From assembly GCA_024231025.1 (NCBI GenBank), contig JAAEQW010000120.1:2324-66323 (forward strand): a stretch of DNA of 64,000 nt, read 5' to 3'. Positions 25,937 to 35,749 of this stretch are shown one piece after another. A program made the translations under genes and the position numbers. Under the pieces are notes generated by a model. That model saw only the letters and a program-made list of their open reading frames with translations, had not been told where the DNA came from and searched no databases. Each line of letters opens with the position of its first letter. The first letter of the stretch is position 1. This DNA is from Candidatus Omnitrophota bacterium (GTDB lineage: Bacteria; Omnitrophota; Gorgyraeia; Duberdicusellales; 4484-171).

Positions 25937-27157
25937 TCAAGCAAATTTTTTATTCGCTGTTGAATCTGAAATATATACGGCTACAAATGATAAAAGTAAC
26001 CAGAAAAATATTGAAAGCTTTAATGAGTAGAATTGCGTATCAAAAAAAGCACCGATCAAAAAACTTATCAACCCTAAGAATAAACCTAAATATCGAAAAT
26101 CAACTCTTCGTCTCAATTCTTTGTACCCTTTCAAAAGAAGCTCCCATAAAAACCACAGAAAAGTTCCTAAACCAAAAATGCCTGTTTCCGCTAAAATCTG
26201 TAAATAACAGTTGTGGGCATAATAAGCCCCCTCTAAGTTCACCGCGTACTCTTTTACACAATCCATAAATAGCCCTAACCCCCTGCCAAACAATGGGTTG
26301 TGTTTAAACATTAGAATTGCTGCCTTCCAAAGAACAAAACGTTGGGCATCACCTCCGGCATGAAATGTAAGCAGTAATTTCTGTTCAAAAAACGGTAAAT
26401 GACTAGTTACCGCCACAAAGATTGCCGCAAATATTGCTAAAAGCACTCTGCTTTGCTTATCAGCGCTAAAAGCAACCAACAAAATAATTCCCACTAAAAA
26501 CGAAAACCAACCCGCACGCGAATAAGTAAGAAGGAGCCCCCCCATTAACATCAAAGATGCGATAACTACTATAATTTTTACCCAATTTTTTTTACTCCTG
26601 TATAAAACCCCATAATTAATAAAAAACATTGCCGTTAAATAACTGGATAAATTATTTGGATTATAAAAAGTCGCACGAATAGCATTATTCGCAGAACTTA
26701 TGGAAAATCGCCTAATAAAATCAACGCCAACTATTTTTTGATAGAAACCGTCAATACAAATTAAAATCGAAGATGCCAAGAAAAGTTTTAATAGAAAAAT
26801 GACTTTCTTTTTAGTTAAAAATACCTGGGCGAAATAGAACAATAAAACTCCCTCGCCCCATTTAAAAAACCACGCAATAAAACTCTTTGAAGGCATCGGG
26901 CTAATCACCGTTGATACGGCAATTGAGAGGTAAAATATAAGCAAAGAAAGATTAATTTTATTTTGAAAAAAAAGTTTTGTTTTTGAAAGACTAAACCTGG
27001 CAAAAATCGTTCTCACCAAAAAACAAACAAGGATCGCGGTAAAGGAAATCTCAATGATAGCTGATGAGATCGGCAAAAAAAACACCAACACCACAAAAAG
27101 AAAAAAAGCTACCCTTTCCGCTTCTAAAACTATTTTATTCCTTAAGTCGCTATTCAT
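25937..27157 (-). CDS. O-antigen ligase family protein (WaaL-like)
   Basis: Multi-pass membrane protein with ATFYNPN, TYSRAGW, R..LW..A and AHNCYLQILAETGIFG motifs. Confidence 0.88.
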   Translation of the reverse strand: MNSDLRNKIVLEAERVAFFLFVVLVFFLPISSAIIEISFTAILVCFLVRTIFARFSLSKTKLFFQNKINLSLLIFYLSIAVSTVISPMPSKSFIAWFFKWGEGVLLFYFAQVFLTKKKVIFLLKLFLASSILICIDGFYQKIVGVDFIRRFSISSANNAIRATFYNPNNLSSYLTAMFFINYGVLYRSKKNWVKIIVVIASLMLMGGLLLTYSRAGWFSFLVGIILLVAFSADKQSRVLLAIFAAIFVAVTSHLPFFEQKLLLTFHAGGDAQRFVLWKAAILMFKHNPLFGRGLGLFMDCVKEYAVNLEGAYYAHNCYLQILAETGIFGLGTFLWFLWELLLKGYKELRRRVDFRYLGLFLGLISFLIGAFFDTQFYSLKLSIFFWLLLSFVAVYISDSTANKKFA

Positions 27158-27161
27158 AAAA

Positions 27162-28988
27162 TTATACCCGATCCGAAGAACAATAGTGCGGGACCAATTC
27201 TTTAATTATTTTTACAGTTTTTTCTGCATCCATTTTACCGGCAAGCGATTCAAGCTCTTTTATCTTCATCTGTAGTTTTCTTGAATCAAAATCATTAGGT
27301 TGAGCAATATATATCTTATCGTGCTTGGTTGTTTTATCCTCTTCAGCATTGTGCAGCATCTCTTCATACAATTTTTCGCCCCGACGCAGCCCAATAAACT
27401 CTATCGCGATATCCTCATCCGGCCTTAAGCCCGATAACGTAATTAATTCCTTGGCTAGATCAACTATTTTTATTTGCTCGCCCATATCAAGAATAAAGAT
27501 TTCTCCCCCCTTGCCAATCGCACCAGCCTGAATTACAAGTTGTGCCGCCTCAGACACCGCCATAAAAAATCTTCTAACCTCAGGATCAGTTACGGTAACC
27601 GGTCCACCGCTTTCAATTTGTTTTTTGAATATTGGAACAACTGACCCGCTTGAACCAATAACATTACCAAATCTTACTGCCATGAACTTTGTTTTAGCAG
27701 TTTTTGCTTTAGCTTGAATTTGCATTTCGGCAATACGTTTGGATGCTCCCATAATATTTGTTGGATGCACCGCTTTGTCGCTAGAGATCATAACAAAGCT
27801 TTCTACCTTGTAGTGCTCAGCGGCATACATAAAATTTCTTGTTCCGATAATATTATTCTTTACCGCAGCAATCGGGTTGCTTTCCATAAGCGGTACATGT
27901 TTATGCGCAGCAGAATGAAAAACTATTTTTGGTTTATGTTTTGTGAATGTATGCTTTAGCAAGCCAATGTCTTTAACGTCACCAATTATGGCCTCTATTT
28001 TTAAATCAGGATATTTATTGCGCAGTTCCAGCTCTAAGAAGTAAGTATCGTTTTCATTATAATCATACATTATGAGTTTAGCCGGATTGAACTTGCCTAT
28101 TTGCTTACATAGCTCACTGCCGATAGTTCCACCAGCACCGGTAACTAAAACCACTTTATTCTTTATAAAAGATGTTACTCCTTCGGTTTCGATAGTTACT
28201 GTTTCGCGACCCAAAAGATCAGCCGGGCGAACATCTCTAATTTGCCGAACGGTTACTTCTCCGGTTAATATCTTATGCAATGCAGGAACTATCTTTATTG
28301 CAGTTTCTGTATTTGCGCACTTGGATATGATATCTCTTATTAACTTCCCTCGAGCTGAAGGAATCGCAATAATTATATCGGTCGCTTCATATTTTTTTAC
28401 AATCTCTTCAATATCGGCAATCACACCCAATACTTTTATTCCCTGGATACGCGAATATGTCTTACGCCGATCATCATCAACAAATCCAACCGGTTGATAA
28501 ATTGTGCTTTTAGCGTTAATTAGCTCTCGCACAACCATTTCCCCTGCTGAACCGGCACCCACAATGATTGCTCGGCGCATATTGCAATAACGAGATTGCT
28601 TTATGCTGATCAACACTCTTGGTAAAAACCGCGACGTTGCCATAAGAAAAAGGCAGATAAGGTAATCAATCAGCAACACTGACCGGGTCATCATTTTATG
28701 CTGCGTAAAAAATACTACAACCACCAACAATAAGCTTCCAAGCGTGGTGGCCTTTACAATATTGGTTGCTTCACTAATACTGGCGTACCTAAACGACCAG
28801 CGATACATCCCGCAACAATAAAACATTATAATTCTTATACCGCTTGCCCAAAGTAAAAAAGAAACATACGCCCCAACAAGCACTTCTAAATTCCAATCAA
28901 AGCGAATCATAAAGGCTAAGAATAGCGAGATACTAATCAAAATAATATCAACTATCATCATCACCAATTTTCTTGTAGCTAATAACAT
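27162..28988 (-). CDS. Membrane-bound UDP-GlcNAc 4,6-dehydratase (CapD/PglF/WbpM family)
   Basis: 4 N-terminal TMs; GAGSAG; TGAGGTIGSEL; HSAAHKHVPLME; SSDKAVHPTNIMGASKR; VRFGNVIGSSGSV. Confidence 0.95.
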   Translation of the reverse strand: MLLATRKLVMMIVDIILISISLFLAFMIRFDWNLEVLVGAYVSFLLWASGIRIIMFYCCGMYRWSFRYASISEATNIVKATTLGSLLLVVVVFFTQHKMMTRSVLLIDYLICLFLMATSRFLPRVLISIKQSRYCNMRRAIIVGAGSAGEMVVRELINAKSTIYQPVGFVDDDRRKTYSRIQGIKVLGVIADIEEIVKKYEATDIIIAIPSARGKLIRDIISKCANTETAIKIVPALHKILTGEVTVRQIRDVRPADLLGRETVTIETEGVTSFIKNKVVLVTGAGGTIGSELCKQIGKFNPAKLIMYDYNENDTYFLELELRNKYPDLKIEAIIGDVKDIGLLKHTFTKHKPKIVFHSAAHKHVPLMESNPIAAVKNNIIGTRNFMYAAEHYKVESFVMISSDKAVHPTNIMGASKRIAEMQIQAKAKTAKTKFMAVRFGNVIGSSGSVVPIFKKQIESGGPVTVTDPEVRRFFMAVSEAAQLVIQAGAIGKGGEIFILDMGEQIKIVDLAKELITLSGLRPDEDIAIEFIGLRRGEKLYEEMLHNAEEDKTTKHDKIYIAQPNDFDSRKLQMKIKELESLAGKMDAEKTVKIIKELVPHYCSSDRV

Positions 28989-30001
28989 TTTTTCTCTTTC
29001 TCTTTAAAGGTTACCCATAAACTCAATGCCGACAAAACCGCAATTGCACTAAACGAAACTATAATTTTTAATACTGTCGCGGAACGTAAATACACACAGG
29101 CCAAAACCATCAATAAAACAAACACCAAAGAAAGCGCTCCGGTAACTTGACCGTGGCTGTAGCCCAAACCAATTGCTCTTTGATAAAAATGGCTCTTATG
29201 CGCCTTATACCAAGATTCACCTTTAATCGCTCTTCTTATTAAGGTGATCACCGTATCAAAAACAAACACTCCCGAGACAATTACCGTTGGAACCAATAGC
29301 TGTTCATGGGTTATAGCCATAAAAGCTATATAAAATCCTAAAAAATAACTGCCGACATCGCCCATAAATATTTTAGCCGGAGGATAGTTTAAAATAAGAA
29401 ATCCCGCTGTCGGCGCACAGATTGCAATACCGATGGGAATTAGATTTACTTCTTTTGAAATAAAACCAAAAAATACAAAAAAACATCCAACAGCTATTGC
29501 CTGGATCGCAGTTAAGCCATCGATACCGTCCATAAAATTATAAAAATTAGTTAGGCTAACCACCCAAAGAACAATAAAAAACGGCAATAAAAAACTCAAA
29601 TTCACATTAAAACCTAGAATATCAATCGAAGGCAAAATGCCTAAAGCAAAAACTACCGCAGCAGCCACAACTATTTGTAAGATAATTCGAATTAACGCGG
29701 GAATATGCGTGCGATCGCTATACAAACCAATTACGCTAATTGCCACCGCTCCAAGTGTAATTGTTAAATATTTACCGTAAAGAAGAGGGAAATCAAAAAA
29801 ATGCATCCCAAAAACTACCGCCAACGCACCAACAACTATCCCTAAACCACCCCCCTTTGGCGTAGGTCTAAAATGGGAACTTCTTTCGTTGGGCATGTCA
29901 ATTAAACCAAACCTTTTTGATTTTCTTATCAACCATGATCCAACCAATAGGGATAATAACCCACCTAAAAAAACCACAAGTAGGATGCCCATATAACTCA
30001 C
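28979..30001 (-). CDS. Undecaprenyl-phosphate HexNAc-1-phosphate transferase (MraY/WecA/WbpL family)
   Basis: PNERSSH..PTPKGGG, NFYNFMDGIDG, KIFMGDVGS and AHKSHFYQ motifs. Confidence 0.92.
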   Translation of the reverse strand: MSYMGILLVVFLGGLLSLLVGSWLIRKSKRFGLIDMPNERSSHFRPTPKGGGLGIVVGALAVVFGMHFFDFPLLYGKYLTITLGAVAISVIGLYSDRTHIPALIRIILQIVVAAAVVFALGILPSIDILGFNVNLSFLLPFFIVLWVVSLTNFYNFMDGIDGLTAIQAIAVGCFFVFFGFISKEVNLIPIGIAICAPTAGFLILNYPPAKIFMGDVGSYFLGFYIAFMAITHEQLLVPTVIVSGVFVFDTVITLIRRAIKGESWYKAHKSHFYQRAIGLGYSHGQVTGALSLVFVLLMVLACVYLRSATVLKIIVSFSAIAVLSALSLWVTFKEKEKKCY

Positions 30002-30026
30002 TATTATAGTGAAAAAACACTAAATA

Positions 30027-30719
30027 TCAAGTATTGTTGAGATATTTCTCAACAGTGTCTAGCCCTTCGGGGACTCCCATGTCAAAAAATCTTTGACTTG
30101 TGGGAAAGGAGGTAAACTGACAATTTTCAATAAGTTGAGGAAAAATTTCCTCTTCCAATGAGCACATCTTTTTCTTGGGTATTAGGTTGACTATACTTCT
30201 TTTAAAAACAGCTACTCCGGCATTTATATGCGTATTATTGCTGTCATTTTTACCACAACCGATCACTTGATTATTACGACAAGTAATGTTACTTGGTCCT
30301 ACCTTCTTTTTGTTGTCATAGGCAACGACCATTGCATCTTTTTTGCTTTTATGAAAACTCTCTACTAGCTTAAAGTAATCTACTATCGTAATAGTATCAC
30401 CGTTCAGTAAGATAAATTCATCATTTAGTTTACTCTTAGCGTTTCTTAATGCTCCTGCGGTTCCCAATTGATTTTTTTCATAACAATAACTTATTTTTAG
30501 CCCTAATTTCTTACCATCTCCAAAGTGCGATTCAATTTTATCCCCTAAATAACTCACCAGAAGTAAAATATCATTGATTTTTTGTCGTTGCAGAAGAATA
30601 AGAAGATGTTCCAGGAAAGGCTTCCCGCAAACCTTAATCATCGGTTTAGGGGTATTGTCAGTTACGGGATTAAGACGACTACCCCTGCCGCCAGCAAGAA
30701 TTACTGCCTGAATATTCAT
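30027..30719 (-). CDS. Sugar-1-phosphate nucleotidyltransferase (HddC-like)
   Basis: ILAGGRGSRL...PKPM, LGTAGAL, LNGDT, INAGV and FFDMGVPE motifs. Confidence 0.85.
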   Translation of the reverse strand: MNIQAVILAGGRGSRLNPVTDNTPKPMIKVCGKPFLEHLLILLQRQKINDILLLVSYLGDKIESHFGDGKKLGLKISYCYEKNQLGTAGALRNAKSKLNDEFILLNGDTITIVDYFKLVESFHKSKKDAMVVAYDNKKKVGPSNITCRNNQVIGCGKNDSNNTHINAGVAVFKRSIVNLIPKKKMCSLEEEIFPQLIENCQFTSFPTSQRFFDMGVPEGLDTVEKYLNNT

Positions 30720-30738
30720 AAAGGGGTCAAATCTGTAT

Positions 30739-31701
30739 TTACAACATAACAGTCTTCATCTCTAAATTATTAACAACACTATCGTATTCCTTATCGTCCT
30801 TTATCTTTCGGTAAGATCTACTAATTGTTTCTGTCGATACTTCCAACTCTTTTGCGATATCAACATTTTGAAAATTTAGTTTTTCTCTACAATAACGCAC
30901 GACAAAACTTCTTACCTTACAATATTCATTTTGCTTGCTGTTGTATTGTTCTAATGTCATTCCAAAACATCTCAAAAACATATTTAATACATCTACTATC
31001 AACTTGGCAGGTAAACCATCCTTTAGCTCCTGCGATGAGATCTCAGATAAATCCTTTCCGAAAATAATTTGCTTGACCCTCTCTTTAAACGTATCGCTAC
31101 CTAAAACAGACGGCCAATTCGACCCTTTTAAGCGTTTTTCAAAGTCCTCTGATGCATTTCCGTGCACACATAGATTATATTCTTTCATCGCTATTTTTTT
31201 ATACTTTCCGAAATAAGATAATGCTTCATCAACACAGAACCAATTAGGCTGTTTTTCTTTACTTCCATGGTAATACTTATGGCTACTCCACTCATATATG
31301 CCTAATTTTCGTTCTAATCCTGCTTTAATTGGGTTACAGTGAATATAGCAAATGCATTCCTTAAAATAATTATCTCCATCAATTAGAATTGACTTATACC
31401 TTCCTTTAAATAATGCACCTTCCAGTTTATGTTTTTTGTTTATTTTTTGGGTATATACACCATTGATATGACGCATAACTCTTGAAATATTTGCCTCAGG
31501 AGTACTTAAAAGCAAGTGATAATGATTTGGCATCAAGCAGTACGAATATATTTTTGCATGAAATAATTTAAAAGCTTCGGAAAGAACCGATAAGAACAAA
31601 TACCGATCACCGTCGTCGATGAAAATATTTTCACGACGGCGACCGCGATTCATTACGTGATAAATAGCATCTTTATATTCTACCCTTAACGGACGTGACA
31701 T
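30739..31701 (-). CDS. REP-associated tyrosine transposase-like (Y1 HUH) with C-terminal HTH
   Basis: MSRPLR, YHVMNRG, LMPNHYHLL (HUH), LFKGRYKS, YIHCNP and YEWSSH motifs; C-terminal NVDIAKELEVSTETISR helix-turn-helix. Confidence 0.92.
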   Translation of the reverse strand: MSRPLRVEYKDAIYHVMNRGRRRENIFIDDGDRYLFLSVLSEAFKLFHAKIYSYCLMPNHYHLLLSTPEANISRVMRHINGVYTQKINKKHKLEGALFKGRYKSILIDGDNYFKECICYIHCNPIKAGLERKLGIYEWSSHKYYHGSKEKQPNWFCVDEALSYFGKYKKIAMKEYNLCVHGNASEDFEKRLKGSNWPSVLGSDTFKERVKQIIFGKDLSEISSQELKDGLPAKLIVDVLNMFLRCFGMTLEQYNSKQNEYCKVRSFVVRYCREKLNFQNVDIAKELEVSTETISRSYRKIKDDKEYDSVVNNLEMKTVML

Positions 31702-31706
31702 AAGGA

Positions 31707-31735
31707 ATTATACCTTTGATATTATTCAATGTCAA
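31707..31735 (-). promoter_or_regulatory. Perfect-consensus sigma70 promoter for the transposase (leaderless)
   Basis: TTGACA-17 nt-TATAAT, then only TCCTT before the ATG. Confidence 0.8.
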
Positions 31736-32919
31736 GAATACAGACTTGACCCCTTTTTTTTAAAACGTCTTTCGGTCCTCTCCCAAATTCCTTTTTGCTT
31801 GCCTAGAATTACTTCAAAAAATCCAAACAAAAGAGCTAAATTGAGGTTACAGAAATAAAATGGTATGTACACCAAAAATGGCACTTTTTTGTATTTTGTT
31901 AAACATAATCCACATATAGCTGTAGCATAAAATATTATCTGCAAAAATAAAATATACCTATAAAAATTTTGACCGAGAAGAAAGACATTTATCACCAAAA
32001 GCAAAGCAAGAATAAATGGAGCCAACCACCTCAAGACGCGATGCGACCAGTAAATAAAAGCTCTTATCCCCAAAAGCGGGCTTAAAAGTTCTAATAAATA
32101 TCTAATTGCAATATAGTGACCTGCGCCATCACGAACATGACGCTTAAACTCTCCTTGTGTAGTCGGCGCAACATATTCATACGCAACAGCTTTTTCTTCA
32201 TAAAGACACTTGAATCCTCTCTTCACAATACCCATAGATGTCATGAAATCATCATTGATAGTTCCACAAGGTAAAGATTTAAATAAATTGCGACGGATAG
32301 CATAAATTGCCCCATTAGCCCCAGCAACATAACCTAACCTGCTTTCTAACATTTTTAATTGAGTTTCATAGCGCCAATAAAAGTTTTCCCCCTTACCGCT
32401 AATCACTTCATTCGGATTTCTATAGATAAGCCTTCCGCAAACACAACCAACTGTTTCATCGTTAAAATGCTTAATTAGTTCCTTAACAGACCGCTTATCG
32501 TATTCAGTGTTGGCATCTGAAAATATTACAATTTCTGCATCAATTTTCTCCATAACGCTATTGATTGTTTGTGCCTTACCCTGTCGAGCGCACTCTAGAA
32601 AATGCAGGCAATCAATATCACTCGCTAACCTACTTACTATACGATTTGTGCCATCATTGGATCCATCAGAAGCAACCCAAATGTTTAATTGTTCGCGCGG
32701 ATAGTCAAGCAACAAGGAATTTTCTATCTTCTCCGTGATCACCTCTTCTTCGTTGTGGGCAGCAATCACAATAGCAACACTAGGGAATTGGGAAATTGCG
32801 GCAGGCTTACTGTAAACTACAAACATTTTTACTAAAATTAACAACGAAAAGTAGTAGCCAAAATAGGTGTGCATTAACAATGCTATAAAGAACCAAAAAA
32901 CAACAACAAAAAAGTTCAT
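31732..32919 (-). CDS. Family 2 glycosyltransferase (membrane-associated)
   Basis: IAAHNEE, SDGSNDGT, FSDAN, GANGAIYAIRR and INDDF motifs. Confidence 0.92.
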   Translation of the reverse strand: MNFFVVVFWFFIALLMHTYFGYYFSLLILVKMFVVYSKPAAISQFPSVAIVIAAHNEEEVITEKIENSLLLDYPREQLNIWVASDGSNDGTNRIVSRLASDIDCLHFLECARQGKAQTINSVMEKIDAEIVIFSDANTEYDKRSVKELIKHFNDETVGCVCGRLIYRNPNEVISGKGENFYWRYETQLKMLESRLGYVAGANGAIYAIRRNLFKSLPCGTINDDFMTSMGIVKRGFKCLYEEKAVAYEYVAPTTQGEFKRHVRDGAGHYIAIRYLLELLSPLLGIRAFIYWSHRVLRWLAPFILALLLVINVFLLGQNFYRYILFLQIIFYATAICGLCLTKYKKVPFLVYIPFYFCNLNLALLFGFFEVILGKQKGIWERTERRFKKKGSSLYS

Positions 32920-32927
32920 GACTATTC

Positions 32928-34376
32928 CTATCTATTATTGCAAAAAAGATATTTAAAAAAAATTCGACCAGCTTTTATAGTTTTCCCTAATTCTTTGGGG
33001 GTTCGCAAGATACTAATAGTTTTATACGCTAAATATCGTGGGTTTAAATAATATTTTTTGCGAGCATAATCACAAAAATCTACTAAATCCTGAGCGCTCA
33101 AAGAAGCGGTATTTATGACGCAATTATGCATCCCGTCGACATCAAGCCAATCCCGAAAATCTTTGGCTATAATATGCTCGTTGTCTTTGGCCCATTGATA
33201 GGCCTCGGTGCCAGGGTAAACCATTAAGGGGAAAAACTGTGCCGTATCAGCGTTGATCTTTTTTGCGAATTTAAGAGATTTCATTAAGGTTTCTCTGGTT
33301 TCACCCATATTCCCGGCCATAAAGCAAGAATGCAGTAATATGCCAGCCTTTTTTGCATCCACAACAAAACGTTGCATCTGCTGCAGTGTAGTTCCTTTTT
33401 TAACATTTTTAAGTATATCATCATCGGCACTTTCAAATCCAACGACTATTAAGCGACAACCTGCCTTCTTCATCATAGCCATCGTTTCATATTTCAAATT
33501 TGTCCGACATTCAACTGTCCAAGGAAGCTTTATCCCCTTTTCAATCATCAACTCACAAAATCTCATTGTATGTTTCTGGTCAAAAGAAAAAGTATCATCA
33601 TCAACCAAAACTTCTTGCACTTGAGGCAGCTCTTTCTCTATGTACTCAAATTCAGCAACAATATTTTCTGGAGTTCTCTGCCGCTGCTTACGACCAAACA
33701 TTTTTTCAGGATAAACACAGTAGTTACACTGTCCATAACATCCTCTGCTAGAAAAAATTGAAACAACCGGATATCTACAATGAGCATAAAAATAATTCTC
33801 TATGTTAAGGTGTTTTTTATATACAGCAGAGACAAAAGGAATAGAATCTAAATCCTCAATAAACGGTCTGGCATGGTTATGGATAAACTTTTCACCATCT
33901 CTAAAAGTAGTTCCGGAAATATTTTTTATAGGCTTACCCAACTGCAAACTATCGGCGATCTCAAGCAAAGTCGCATCATATTCACCACAAATCACCCCAT
34001 CTACTCTTTTGTCTAAATTAAGCGATTCTTCAATAAGCGCAGATACATGGGGACCAGCGAGAACAACCACACAATTGTCAAACAAATCTTTAATCTCTCC
34101 AGCAATTTGGACATCATTGTATATACTCGGTGTTGAAGTATATAAAACAGCTATGTCTGGTTTAAAATCACAAGCTATATCATAGCAATCCTGTCTTGAT
34201 AAGCCATCGGCACAAGCATCGATAAGCTTAACGGCATGACCTGAATTTTCAAGTACACCAGCAGCATAAGCATGCCAAATAGGATAATATATCGTACCAC
34301 TTTTAGTTACTGCTGGGCTGCGAGAAAATCGAGAAAACTTTGGTAAAAATGGTGGATTTAGCAGTAATACTTTCAT
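32928..34376 (-). CDS. B12-binding radical SAM protein (HpnJ-like / class B methylase)
   Basis: N-terminal cobalamin-binding region (GPHVS, GEYD); SRGCYGQCNYC; DDDTF; VGFES. Confidence 0.9.
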   Translation of the reverse strand: MKVLLLNPPFLPKFSRFSRSPAVTKSGTIYYPIWHAYAAGVLENSGHAVKLIDACADGLSRQDCYDIACDFKPDIAVLYTSTPSIYNDVQIAGEIKDLFDNCVVVLAGPHVSALIEESLNLDKRVDGVICGEYDATLLEIADSLQLGKPIKNISGTTFRDGEKFIHNHARPFIEDLDSIPFVSAVYKKHLNIENYFYAHCRYPVVSIFSSRGCYGQCNYCVYPEKMFGRKQRQRTPENIVAEFEYIEKELPQVQEVLVDDDTFSFDQKHTMRFCELMIEKGIKLPWTVECRTNLKYETMAMMKKAGCRLIVVGFESADDDILKNVKKGTTLQQMQRFVVDAKKAGILLHSCFMAGNMGETRETLMKSLKFAKKINADTAQFFPLMVYPGTEAYQWAKDNEHIIAKDFRDWLDVDGMHNCVINTASLSAQDLVDFCDYARKKYYLNPRYLAYKTISILRTPKELGKTIKAGRIFFKYLFCNNR

Positions 34377-35749
34377 AATTTTTTCCCTTTAAAAAATTTA
34401 TTGTAAATTTTTGTTAATATTTCACGCAATGGCCCCCGTTTTAAATTCTTATAGGCGTAGCCAACGGCTTTAACTAATAATTTATTCTTAAACCTGCTAC
34501 CAACGATCTCACAGAGCGCTTTATTGGCATAGTCATAATCCACCCCTTTTATCTTTGACTTCTTAGGATCCCTGCTTAACTTAGCATAATCGCGTTCAAC
34601 AATTAAATCATTTTCCCGACAATAATCAAAAAGATACGATCCTGGCATAGGTGAATAAAAACTACAGCTAGATATTGTTGCGCTTATTTTTTTCGCCATA
34701 TCAGCAGTTTCTCTTATTTCGTTATTGGTCTCTGTGGGTAGTCCAATCATGAAATTTCCCACGATCCCAATACCATGCCTGTGCAGAATCTCGGCCGATC
34801 TTAAGTTCTGCTCAACAGTAGTTCCTTTGCCAATGAAATCCAATACCCGCTGGCTGCCACTCTCGAACCCTATAATCACCGCTCGAAGCCCTAGCTTTTT
34901 TAATTCTGCCATTTCATTATCCAAAGAACATATGTTATTGGACCTGCCTTGAAGCATGACTTCAACCTTCTTGACTCTAGATAGTCTTTCTAACAACTCA
35001 AACAAAAAATCCTTATGTGCCAAAATGCAATCATCATAAAACATAATTGAGTTAAATTCAAAGTGATTAGCAATATTTTCAACTTCCCTTAAAACCTGCC
35101 CAACGTTTTTCTGACGATATTTCTTGCCATAAAGAATCTGCTCTGCAGGCTGACAAAATTTACAATTATAAACACAACCTCGACTGGTAATAATCGGAAC
35201 CATCGGTGGCTTTACGATGCCGCCATACAGCGAAAAAGAAGTTGAAAGCTTATAATCATAGAGACCAATATCCTCAAAAGGAATATCGTTAATATCAGGT
35301 ATCTGACCACGAACTAATTTCTGAAAACCATCAGGCTCACGAAGCAATTTAGGCAAGGTAATGTCTGCCTCACCAGTAAATACATAATCAAAATTATTAT
35401 TTTTTACAAAATCGTCGGGAGATAGGCTTGGGTGAATACCACCTATTATTACTTTAGCATCTGGCTTAATAGTTTTTATAATCTTTGCTGACTTTTCCAC
35501 AATCGGCACATCGATAGTGCGACAAGTTATGCCATACCATAAAGACGAATCTTTGCTTACTGCTTCGAAAAAGCTTTCATAAGAAGAAAGCTGTCGAAAG
35601 TCTATCAATGAGCAGTCAATCTTATCCTTTTTACATATGGCCGATATTTGGGATACACCATGATTGACCGCGCTTGACCAATATGAATTACCCCACTTGC
35701 CGATTCCATATTCCCCCAAAAATCCCGGATCAATAATAGTAAACTTCAT
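34373..35749 (-). CDS. B12-binding radical SAM protein
   Basis: GGIHPS, GEAD, TSRGCVYNCKFC and IGFESGSQRVL motifs. Confidence 0.9.
   Translation of the reverse strand: MKFTIIDPGFLGEYGIGKWGNSYWSSAVNHGVSQISAICKKDKIDCSLIDFRQLSSYESFFEAVSKDSSLWYGITCRTIDVPIVEKSAKIIKTIKPDAKVIIGGIHPSLSPDDFVKNNNFDYVFTGEADITLPKLLREPDGFQKLVRGQIPDINDIPFEDIGLYDYKLSTSFSLYGGIVKPPMVPIITSRGCVYNCKFCQPAEQILYGKKYRQKNVGQVLREVENIANHFEFNSIMFYDDCILAHKDFLFELLERLSRVKKVEVMLQGRSNNICSLDNEMAELKKLGLRAVIIGFESGSQRVLDFIGKGTTVEQNLRSAEILHRHGIGIVGNFMIGLPTETNNEIRETADMAKKISATISSCSFYSPMPGSYLFDYCRENDLIVERDYAKLSRDPKKSKIKGVDYDYANKALCEIVGSRFKNKLLVKAVGYAYKNLKRGPLREILTKIYNKFFKGKKL

Larger units (their letters stand above)
30720..31756. mobile_element. 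Inverted-repeat-bounded element carrying a RAYT-like HUH transposase
   Basis: Left AAAGGGGTCAAATCTGTATT (30720-30739) and right AATACAGACTTGACCCCTTT (31737-31756) are inverted repeats with 19/20 identity, enclosing only the transposase and its promoter. Confidence 0.8.
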
